From assembly GCA_964602125.1 (NCBI GenBank), contig CAZRPR010000001.1, positions 21,890 to 62,665 of the forward strand: a stretch of DNA of 40,776 bases, given 5' to 3'. Made by a program: the position numbers and the translations under genes. This document shows positions 8,303 through 16,113 of the stretch, piece after piece. Positions within the stretch are counted from its first letter, which is position 1, and each line of letters starts with the position of its first letter. The notes beneath the pieces were generated by a model, which saw nothing but the letters and a program-made list of their open reading frames with translations, was not told the origin of the DNA and did no database searches. This DNA comes from an uncultured Candidatus Saccharibacteria bacterium (GTDB taxonomy: Bacteria; Patescibacteriota; Minisyncoccia; CAIUEV01).

Positions 8303-11300
8303 ATGAAAATAAAAACCCTACTGCTCTCAATCAAATATATCGCTTTTCACCCCATTCGGTCATGGCGGGTTTTTACGCCGAAAACGAAAAGAAGAATCAA
8401 AAAACTAGCATTTGTATTTTTAATAGTGGCCTTGTCTGTGCCGGGCTATTTGTGGTACGAAAAGAAATACGGAAATATTGAAGAGGCGGAGGCCGGCTGG
8501 TGGAACGATGCGTGGATGTATAGAAAATCGATTACGGTAAGCAATTCCTCAGGAAGTGCTCTGACTGATTTTCAAGTGAAGATTTTGGATAATAAAGATT
8601 TGTCGGCCGACATTACGGCAGGGAAGATTCAAACCGATTTGGACGACTTGAGGTTTACGGACATTAGCGGCACAGTTTTGTCTTACTGGATTGAAGATGC
8701 GACCACGACCAGCGTGGATGTTTGGGTAAAAATACCCAGCGTCCCAACGACCGGTGCGACCGCCTATTTTTACTACGGCAACACCCAAGCGACGAGTGAG
8801 CAGAACGGGAACAAGGTTTTTGAGTTTTTTGATGATTTCTCGGGAGATTTAAGCAAATGGACAAATGCGTGTTCAGCCACGATAACTTCAGGATACCTAA
8901 GTATCCCGAATAATAGTAGTTGTGATGCTGTCCCAATGTATGCAAATAACCTAAACTATTCTGATACCACTGGTTACATTTTCGAGTTGAAAGGAAAATT
9001 TTCTTCTGGAGGCAACGGAAGATTACAATTATATCAAAGAAGAAGAAACGCCAATGGATATATGTCCAGATTCTGGATTACGGGTACTTCAACGACTTAT
9101 TATCAAGAATACACAGGAAGTTATGGAGCGAATAATAATGTCGGAAGCAACAATATGTCAGCAGATACCTGGTATACGCTTAAAGTTCAAGTCAATGGAA
9201 GCAATAACACCTATTACGTCAACAATACATCAGTTGGCTCTTATGCAGCATCGGCAAGTCTTTCTCCTTTTTCTGATTTTACAGTTGGCTTGGGAGAATA
9301 TCTAACGGCAGTGCAATATGACGACGTTCGTGTTCGCAAATACGCCTCCACTGACCCCTCCGCCGGCACACCCGCCACCGAAGAAAAAGGGGGTGGACCG
9401 GTTGCATACTGGTCTTTTGATGAAGGCAGGGACACGACGGCTTATGATGCGAGTTCGAATCGTGTTAGTGGCACACTCTATAGTATGTCATCAACGTCTG
9501 ATCCCAATTCTGGCTGGCAAAATGAAGATAAGTGTATTAGTGGAAAGTGCTTGGGTTTTGATGGAACGAATGATGATGTGGAGTTTGGATTAAATAAAAT
9601 AGGCCCTTTGATTGATGGAGCCAGTTCTTCCACAGTCAGTATGTGGGTTAAATACTCATCTCTGGCTGGAGCTGCCAACAAGTACGGCAATGTTATTTAT
9701 GCCAGCAGACAGGCGAGTGCTAATAGTAATATTTGGCTGAATCTAAGAAGTGATGGAGGGAGTGAAGGGAAGCTTTTATTGGGTGGAAGAAGCAAAAGCA
9801 CTGATAGTTTTCAGGAAGTAACAAGCAGTACAGCTCTTAATCCGAATGTTTGGTATCATGTCGTTGGAATTTTGAATTATGCTTCAAATACAGCGACTAT
9901 TTATATAAATGGAGCTCAGTCTGTCAGCTCCGGTGTGTCTTTTGGTTCCACAACTTATGTGCACAGTGCTCCAGGTTCTACGTATGACTCAATAGGATCT
10001 AATGCCGGGGGAATTGTTTTCAAAGGGTATATCGACGAACCAAAGATCTACCCCTACGCTCGCACCGCAGCCCAAATTGCCAAAGACTACAACGCCGGAT
10101 TGGCTGGTATGGGTAAATCTAATGAAGGAACCAGTGCCTCAATTGGTGGCAAATCGAACAAATGGATGACGGACGGTTTGGTGGGCCATTGGAAAATGGA
10201 CGAGGCCAGTTGGAACGGAACGAGTGGAGAAGTGAAAGACGCGAGCGGGAATGCGAATAATGGGACTGGATCTGGGGGAGTTACAACAGGAGCAGGTAAA
10301 TTCGGGAATGGAGGGAATTTTGATGGGAGTGATGATTACGTGAATGCTGGTAACGGATCAAATTTGAATATTACCAATGCAATGACAATTGGAACATGGG
10401 TTAAATTTAATGGTTTAAGCAGCAACTCAGCTATAGTTTCAAAATTCGATTTGAGTGCCGGATCACCCTATAATGGATATGCATTAATAATCGGAGGTGC
10501 GGCATCTAACAGAATAGGATTAAATTTAAATGTAAATGGAGCTTATTCTGGTACTTGGGGAAATACCGTGCTAACTACAGGAGTTTGGTATTATCTTGTG
10601 GCTACATTCACAAATGGTTCGGTGAAGCTTTATGTTAATGGCGTGGATGATGGTTGCAATGGTACGGGTACTGGTTGCTCACCCACTGGTTCGATCTCTA
10701 CTAATACCTTAAATCTAAACATAGGTGAAAATCCAAATGGGGGAAATAAAATAAACGGTTCCATCGACGAAACCCGTATTTACAACCGTGCCCTTTCGCC
10801 CAAAGAAGTGGCCGATCTTTATAATTACGCGCCCGGACCAGTCGGTTATTGGAACATGGACGACGCGACAGGGACGACAACCAAAGATTTGAGCGGGAAT
10901 GGGAATAACGGGACATTGGGTGATTCTTCTTATAGACCCAATTGGTCTCAAGGAAAATATGGAGGCGGTTTGAGTTTCGACGGAACAGACGATTATGTTA
11001 ATGTTGGAGATCCTTCTAGTGGAATTTTAGATATGGGAAATAATGATTTTACGCTTGAAACTTGGTTTAATACAAACAACACTTCCAATCTCCACCAATA
11101 TTTTATGGCCAAAGGACATCTTGATGGCTATTGCGATCAGGCTGCAAATGCAGGATATGGATTTCGCATTAGTTATGGATATTTGAATTTTAAACTTAAT
11201 CCAGGGGCTGTCTCATGCGGAAGTGTTTCGGGAACAACATTAATAAGCTCCTTGCCTACAGGTTGGCACCATGGGGCAGTGGTGGTCAACCGTAGTGGAA

Positions 11301-13567
11301 ATGCCTTGATTTATTTGGATGGAAAATTAGATGGATCAGCTAGTATGTCAACTAATCTGGGTAATAGTCTCAACAATTCAAATAATCTTCGTTTAGGCAA
11401 TTATTATGCCGGTAATTATCTACCTATGAGTGGACTTCTCGATGAAATGAAAATCTACAACTACGCGCGGACGCAAAAGCAAATCGTGGAAGACATGAAC
11501 GGCGGTCATCCGGCGGGTGGCTCGCCGGTCGGTTCGCAAGTCGGCTATTGGAAGTTTGATGAAGGGCAGGGAACGACAGCCAACAATTCAGGTAATGGCG
11601 GATCAACGCTGAACGGGACAATTAATGGCGCGACATGGACGAACGATGGGAAATTTGGAAAGGCGCTTAGTTTTGACGGAAGTAATGATTATGCCAATAC
11701 CTCTTCCCGTATCATTGACAGCACAAATAGTTTTTCAGTTAGTGGCTGGGTAAAATTTAGTAGTCTGTCAAGTAATTACAGTGTCCCCCTCTGGAATGGA
11801 GTCGATAGTACTACGGGTGGATTTGGCCTAGGCTATAGAAAACCAAACTCTAGAGTTATCTATGCGGGCTGGGGTTCTTCTGCCGGAGAAGTGGCTGGAC
11901 CAATAAGTACGGATAACACATGGTACTATTTATCTTCAGTATATGACGGTAGTAAACATAAATTTTATGTTAACGGTGTCTTACAAGGTTCTGTGAATTT
12001 TTCCACTTCAAATTTTGCTAGCGGAACAACCACTTTTGGAAACTTATCTTCCGGTAATGGATATTGGTTTAATGGCCTTATCGACGAAGTAAAAGTCTAT
12101 AATTACGCACTCACCGATTCCGACATTCAACTCGACTACAACCAAGGAAAATCGATGATTCTGGGAAGCAAGGGGACGGAAAGTGATGGGAAGACACCGT
12201 CGAATTCCGCCAGTCGTGCCTACTGCCCTCCGGGAAACGTGGAAGGGAATTGTGCCCCGGGACTAAGCCCCGCCCCGGTAGGTGAATGGAAATTGGATGA
12301 CGGCACCGGCACCACTGTCACTGACACTTCCGGCAACGCCAACACCGGCACCCTCACCAACGGCCCAACATGGGCGCAGGGAAAAGCGGGAAAGGCGGTG
12401 AAATTTGATGGAACGGATGATTTGATCCAATTTTCAACATCAAATTTTCTTACGAACGCAGGTTCGATTTCAGCTTGGGTTAAAAATGATGTTTGGGGAG
12501 CCAGTAATACTGACACTGTCATAGACTTGTATGATAGCACTAATCCTGGTGTCAAAAGAGATGTTTTTACAATAAAATATTGGTCCAGCAACTCAAAACT
12601 AACTGCGATGATGCTTGATTCTAGCAGTAATTGGTATAGTGCTGGAGCGACTGTTACTTACACCCCTAATCTTTGGTATCATGTTGAAATTGTCAGAAGT
12701 GGAACGTCTCTTAAAATATATATTAATGGAGCCGAAGCCGGCTCAGCAACAGTTAGCTCCAATAATTTTTACAATTTTGATAGAATTCGAATAGGACAAT
12801 CAGCAACCAGCAGTGAAGCTTGGCAAGGCCTCATCGACGACGTAAAGATTTTTTCTTACGCCCGCACCCCTGCCCAAATTGCTTGGGATTACAACCAAGG
12901 AAAACCAGTAGGGTGGTGGAAGATGGATGAAGGGCAGGGCGCAACCGTTTACGATCATTCCGGCAACGCCAACAACGGAACGATGACCAACATGGATCCC
13001 GCCACCGATTGGGTGGCCGGCAAGAACAACAGCGCCTTGGATTTTGATGGGAGTAATGATTATGTGAGTGTGGCAGATAATAATCTTTGGAATTTTGGGA
13101 CAAATGATTTTTCCATAAATCTTTGGGCCAAGTGGACGAGCTTAGCTAATATTGAAAGTATATTGGGCCAGTCAACTAGTGGTGGAAATGTGACAAAGTG
13201 GAATTTAGTAAAAAGTATGAATACTAGTTTTGGATATGATAATTCTTTACTAACATTTCATGTTTATAATGGAGGTAATTATTTTGCTTCTTGGAATTGG
13301 ACGGCGAGCACAAACACTTGGTATAATGTGGCAATCGTAAGATCAGGAAACAATTGGAATTTGTATGTTAATGGTATTCAGACTGGCGGAACGCAAACGC
13401 AATCTGCCTCAGTTCCTAACATTGCTACAGACTTGAGAATAGGTAGCGACGGAGAAGCCTGGAATTTTTTAAATGGTCAAATCGACGACGTCCGCATCTA
13501 TAATTACGCGTTGTCAGCGGAACAGGTGAAACAGGTAATGAACGAAGGTGCGGTGAGGTTCAAATAG
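8303..13567 (+). CDS. Giant surface protein: N-terminal TM, DUF2341 domain, one ConA-like module and six LamG (Laminin_G_3) repeats
   Basis: 1754 aa. DUF2341 signature WWNDAWMYRKSITV..LTDFQV..DLRFTD..LSYWIED..VWVKIPS..YFYYGN. Six modules each open with VG.W..DEG.GTT..D.SGN.N.GT and close with IDE.(K/R)IYNYA......I..DYN. Confidence 0.9.
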   Translation: MKIKTLLLSIKYIAFHPIRSWRVFTPKTKRRIKKLAFVFLIVALSVPGYLWYEKKYGNIEEAEAGWWNDAWMYRKSITVSNSSGSALTDFQVKILDNKDLSADITAGKIQTDLDDLRFTDISGTVLSYWIEDATTTSVDVWVKIPSVPTTGATAYFYYGNTQATSEQNGNKVFEFFDDFSGDLSKWTNACSATITSGYLSIPNNSSCDAVPMYANNLNYSDTTGYIFELKGKFSSGGNGRLQLYQRRRNANGYMSRFWITGTSTTYYQEYTGSYGANNNVGSNNMSADTWYTLKVQVNGSNNTYYVNNTSVGSYAASASLSPFSDFTVGLGEYLTAVQYDDVRVRKYASTDPSAGTPATEEKGGGPVAYWSFDEGRDTTAYDASSNRVSGTLYSMSSTSDPNSGWQNEDKCISGKCLGFDGTNDDVEFGLNKIGPLIDGASSSTVSMWVKYSSLAGAANKYGNVIYASRQASANSNIWLNLRSDGGSEGKLLLGGRSKSTDSFQEVTSSTALNPNVWYHVVGILNYASNTATIYINGAQSVSSGVSFGSTTYVHSAPGSTYDSIGSNAGGIVFKGYIDEPKIYPYARTAAQIAKDYNAGLAGMGKSNEGTSASIGGKSNKWMTDGLVGHWKMDEASWNGTSGEVKDASGNANNGTGSGGVTTGAGKFGNGGNFDGSDDYVNAGNGSNLNITNAMTIGTWVKFNGLSSNSAIVSKFDLSAGSPYNGYALIIGGAASNRIGLNLNVNGAYSGTWGNTVLTTGVWYYLVATFTNGSVKLYVNGVDDGCNGTGTGCSPTGSISTNTLNLNIGENPNGGNKINGSIDETRIYNRALSPKEVADLYNYAPGPVGYWNMDDATGTTTKDLSGNGNNGTLGDSSYRPNWSQGKYGGGLSFDGTDDYVNVGDPSSGILDMGNNDFTLETWFNTNNTSNLHQYFMAKGHLDGYCDQAANAGYGFRISYGYLNFKLNPGAVSCGSVSGTTLISSLPTGWHHGAVVVNRSGNALIYLDGKLDGSASMSTNLGNSLNNSNNLRLGNYYAGNYLPMSGLLDEMKIYNYARTQKQIVEDMNGGHPAGGSPVGSQVGYWKFDEGQGTTANNSGNGGSTLNGTINGATWTNDGKFGKALSFDGSNDYANTSSRIIDSTNSFSVSGWVKFSSLSSNYSVPLWNGVDSTTGGFGLGYRKPNSRVIYAGWGSSAGEVAGPISTDNTWYYLSSVYDGSKHKFYVNGVLQGSVNFSTSNFASGTTTFGNLSSGNGYWFNGLIDEVKVYNYALTDSDIQLDYNQGKSMILGSKGTESDGKTPSNSASRAYCPPGNVEGNCAPGLSPAPVGEWKLDDGTGTTVTDTSGNANTGTLTNGPTWAQGKAGKAVKFDGTDDLIQFSTSNFLTNAGSISAWVKNDVWGASNTDTVIDLYDSTNPGVKRDVFTIKYWSSNSKLTAMMLDSSSNWYSAGATVTYTPNLWYHVEIVRSGTSLKIYINGAEAGSATVSSNNFYNFDRIRIGQSATSSEAWQGLIDDVKIFSYARTPAQIAWDYNQGKPVGWWKMDEGQGATVYDHSGNANNGTMTNMDPATDWVAGKNNSALDFDGSNDYVSVADNNLWNFGTNDFSINLWAKWTSLANIESILGQSTSGGNVTKWNLVKSMNTSFGYDNSLLTFHVYNGGNYFASWNWTASTNTWYNVAIVRSGNNWNLYVNGIQTGGTQTQSASVPNIATDLRIGSDGEAWNFLNGQIDDVRIYNYALSAEQVKQVMNEGAVRFK

Positions 13568-13623
13568 AAGCTAATCCCCTCTTGAGAGGGGTGGATTCGA
13601 GCGAAGCGAGAAGACGGGGTGTG

Positions 13624-13986
13624 TTATCTATTTAGAATCCAAGTTCTTATTGTTTCTATTACTCCAAACATATTTTTTCTAATTTCACCTTCTGAAAATC
13701 TAAGAAAATTTATTCCTAAAGATTCAATTTCTTTTTGTCTTTCTATATCTTTCTTGTTCTTTTCTTCTTCAAAATCATGAGTTACTCCATCAATTTCTAT
13801 AGCTAATTTTAACTCCTTGGAATAAAAATCAACGATATATTTTTTGATTGGTTTTTGTCTAATAAATCTATAGTTCTCAAGTTTTTTTCCTTTTAGTTCT
13901 TTCCATAGCAAAACTTCAGACAAGGTACTTTCCTTTCTTAGTTTCCTAGCTAGTTTTTTTAAGTTTTGATTGTAGAGAATCTTCAT
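13624..13986 (-). CDS. DUF559 / Vsr-like PD-(D/E)XK endonuclease-domain protein
   Basis: 120 aa. LRKESTLSEVLLWKELKGKKL..YRFIRQKPI..YIVDFY....LAIEIDG..H.........D..R...L...G...LRF is the typical DUF559 pattern. Confidence 0.85.
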   Translation of the reverse strand: MKILYNQNLKKLARKLRKESTLSEVLLWKELKGKKLENYRFIRQKPIKKYIVDFYSKELKLAIEIDGVTHDFEEEKNKKDIERQKEIESLGINFLRFSEGEIRKNMFGVIETIRTWILNR

Positions 13987-14027
13987 TATTATTTTTTAAA
14001 GATTAAAACACACCCCGTCTTGCCTTC

Positions 14028-14047
14028 CCTGCCTACCGGCAGGCAGG
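14028..14047. repeat. 20-nt palindrome copy (cctgcctaccggcaggcagg) nested in the right arm
   Basis: Read directly. It is extended by flanking cttgcc..ggcaag to a hairpin of about 38 nt and occupies the variable cassette between Box2 and Box1. Confidence 0.9.
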
Positions 14048-14186
14048 CGGCAAGCCACCCCTCTCGAGAGGGGATTAAAACATGCCTTGATAAATTTCTC
14101 TTAAAATCTAAATTAAAATAAAAATAGAAAAATATTTTTTAATTGTTTTTGAGAATCAAATTGATGTCTTATAATTAAAAAATGAC

Positions 14187-14255
14187 ACACACCCCGTCTT
14201 GCCTTCCCTGCCTACCGGCAGGCAGGCGGCAAGCCACCCCTCTCAAGAGGGGATT
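14187..14255. repeat. Solo second right arm (Box2-palindrome-Box1), tandem to the DUF559 element
   Basis: acacaccccgtcttgccttccctgcctaccggcaggcaggcggcaagccacccctctcaagaggggatt is nearly identical to 14008-14066 (tcaa versus tcga in the Box1 core). The two arms are separated by 120 nt of AT-rich sequence. Confidence 0.85.
14207..14226. repeat. 20-nt palindrome copy nested in the solo arm
   Basis: cctgcctaccggcaggcagg, read directly. Confidence 0.9.
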
Positions 14256-14299
14256 GACCATAATTCTCAATTTTCAATCCCTAATTTATAATTTTTGTC

Positions 14300-14725
14300 A
14301 TGTCTTACGAACAAAAGCATCCCGCCTTCAATCTTGAAATGAATCCTGAGTTGGATTTACTGAAAATCCGAGTCAGGGAAATCATCGATTTCACAGAAAA
14401 AAACATTGAGACCGATAGTAGCAACCAAGACCTTGCAAATCTTTTTGAGAGAGAGGAGGAGTGGAGAAACAACTTGATTGAGATAAAAAATCTGCTGGAA
14501 AACTCCACGGTCAAGCAAAACATGGTCGACAGTAGCGATTATTCTGATATCGTGGGCAATTTCTACGGTTTTGTCTTTCTCTATTTGCAGACCCTCGCCT
14601 CCGGCAAAAAGCTTGAAAACCGAGATGACTTATTAGAGAAAATCAAGACTAAAACAGGCAATTTCCTAATCTACCTTGAAGGATTAAAAGAAGTTGGAGA
14701 AAAAGAGGAACCTCTCGCCGCTTAA
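14300..14725 (+). CDS. Hypothetical acidic protein
   Basis: 141-aa ORF with no overlapping long ORF of better quality. No family recognised. Confidence 0.5.
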   Translation: MSYEQKHPAFNLEMNPELDLLKIRVREIIDFTEKNIETDSSNQDLANLFEREEEWRNNLIEIKNLLENSTVKQNMVDSSDYSDIVGNFYGFVFLYLQTLASGKKLENRDDLLEKIKTKTGNFLIYLEGLKEVGEKEEPLAA

Positions 14726-14770
14726 AAATAAAAAACGCTAACCTTGAAATTCAAAGTTAGCGTTGTTTGG
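14726..14770. terminator. Bidirectional terminator between the convergent genes 14300-14725 and 14782-15348
   Basis: Hairpin aacgctaaccttgaa/ttcaaagttagcgtt (14734-14764, one bulge). The minus-strand reading is followed by ttttttatttt and the plus-strand reading by gtttgg. Confidence 0.7.
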
Positions 14771-14781
14771 CTGTTCTATCT

Positions 14782-15348
14782 TCACCCCTGATCTTTTCTT
14801 TCGGAAAGAAGTTTTTGTTCTTTTGGGTCTTCCAAAGAAAGTCTCTTGGGAAAAATCGGCCCACGTTCTGAGTCTTTCTTTACGTAAAGATCTTCCGCTA
14901 AGTCTACCGTCACCAGATTCAGAAAGACTAAGGAAAAAAAACCGATGAAAAGAGTGGCCAAAAACGCTTTAGGAAAACCGATTTCCCCTATAGCGAAAAT
15001 CAACGATCCTACAGTACCAACGAGACCGATAGCCACACTGAATTCCAATATTTCCATCGATTCTCGATTAAAGAGATTCATCATCTGAAAGTCTCGATAG
15101 AAAATCTCGTCCTGATCAAAGCTCAAGCTTTTAATCAGGTGCTTGACTCTCCTGAAAGTCAATCCGACAGAAAAAAAGATCGGCATCAAAATTCCTGAAA
15201 CGAAAGCAATCGACTTACCGCCAAAAACTTTCATTAATACAGTTGAAAGCAAGAAAGCGATAATCGCCAGGAAAGCTCCCGGCAAAATCACTGCAAGCGC
15301 TTCCAGAAAAACATAAGATTTTTTTCCCATTTCTTCTCCTTTTCCCAT
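14782..15348 (-). CDS. Hypothetical multi-pass membrane protein
   Basis: 188 aa with at least four hydrophobic helices. No family recognised. Confidence 0.6.
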   Translation of the reverse strand: MGKGEEMGKKSYVFLEALAVILPGAFLAIIAFLLSTVLMKVFGGKSIAFVSGILMPIFFSVGLTFRRVKHLIKSLSFDQDEIFYRDFQMMNLFNRESMEILEFSVAIGLVGTVGSLIFAIGEIGFPKAFLATLFIGFFSLVFLNLVTVDLAEDLYVKKDSERGPIFPKRLSLEDPKEQKLLSERKDQG

Positions 15349-15413
15349 ATTTCAAGGTGCTTTAATCTGCCCGAGTTCTATAGGAAAACAAAGAAAAAGT
15401 CAAGCCTTCTACG

Positions 15414-15520
15414 GAAATTAGGAATTAAGGGAATTATAAATTTTAAATTATGGATTATGAATTTTTTCTATTAAGGAGAGGTTCTATAATCTACAATCTA
15501 TAATTTCCGTAATTTCTAAA
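15414..15520. repeat. Composite AT-rich heptad arrays (GAAATTA GGAATTA ... ATGGATT ATGAATT; ATCTACA ATCTATA ...)
   Basis: Read directly. It shares the 14-mer gaaattaggaatta with 36475-36488 and the 14-mer aaattatggattat (15445-15458) with 18957-18970. Confidence 0.75.
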
Positions 15521-15525
15521 CAACA

Positions 15526-15552
15526 GAGACGCACCGTAAAACAATGCGTCTC
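15526..15552 (-). terminator. Hairpin downstream of the acidic-protein gene
   Basis: An 8-bp stem gagacgca/tgcgtctc. The minus-strand reading is followed by tgttgttt (weak U-run). Confidence 0.45.
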
Positions 15553-15580
15553 CATTAAAAATCCCGATAATAAAATTTGA

Positions 15581-15934
15581 CTATTCTCCCGATGTGTCTC
15601 CACTGTCTACGGTGGTTTCAGTCTCGGAAACAATTTCTTCCGTGTGAACACCTTCCTCCGGAGAGGTTATGGCAGGTTCCTCAGTTACCACTTCGCTAGT
15701 AACTTCCGCTACTGGCTCTTCGTCAAAGCTAGTAATTTTTTCCTTTTCCTCCGTCGAAAGATCCTTGGTGGCCGGCTCAACGCCTTCCAAACCGCCGACG
15801 TTCATCTCGTCAACCGATTTGATTTCCGCCTCAACGGGTGTTACTGCCGGTGTTTCTCCTCCTTCGGTAGAAATGGGCTCCAGATTTTCATCTTTCTTGC
15901 CAAACAATTTGGCAAAGATTTTTTCGAATACCAT
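15581..15934 (-). CDS. Hypothetical acidic, E/T/V-rich disordered protein
   Basis: 117 aa. The two plus-strand ORFs over the same low-complexity DNA look like mirror artefacts. The downstream hairpin on the minus strand supports this orientation. Confidence 0.45.
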   Translation of the reverse strand: MVFEKIFAKLFGKKDENLEPISTEGGETPAVTPVEAEIKSVDEMNVGGLEGVEPATKDLSTEEKEKITSFDEEPVAEVTSEVVTEEPAITSPEEGVHTEEIVSETETTVDSGDTSGE

Positions 15935-16113
15935 GTTTTTTGATTATTTAATTAAAGTGTTAAAATAGAAGAGTGAAATTTTAAATACTTGTTCTATTTA
16001 TAATTACCTAAAGTTTTCGTTTTGGTAAAATAATAGTAAACTGAAAAAACTTTAGACACCACTTTAAAAATATTTTCATTTAAAATAACTAAAAAATTAA
16101 ACAGCAATTTTTT

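Larger units (their letters stand above)
13573..14066. mobile_element. Compact IR-nuclease-IR unit: DUF559 gene framed by Box1/Box2 inverted arms
   Basis: The left arm 13573-13624 reads aatcccctcttgagaggggtgg..gacggggtgtgt. The right arm 14008-14066 has reverse complement aatcccctctcgagaggggtgg..gacggggtgtgt. The outer 23 nt match 22/23 and the inner 12 nt match 12/12. The ORF fills the inter-arm space: its stop overlaps the left arm by 1 nt, and its start lies 21 nt from the right arm. Confidence 0.7.

Noticed and set aside
15644-15968. Two 99-aa plus-strand ORFs over the acidic-protein locus
   Set aside because: The low-complexity DNA is open in several frames. The minus-strand ORF gives a coherent acidic protein and has a downstream hairpin. 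The whole locus remains low confidence.
15969-16113. NrdR box upstream of nrdD
   Set aside because: I looked for the ACACnATATATnGTGT-type palindrome. Only a vague gacaccac...atat stretch is present, so it is not supportable.
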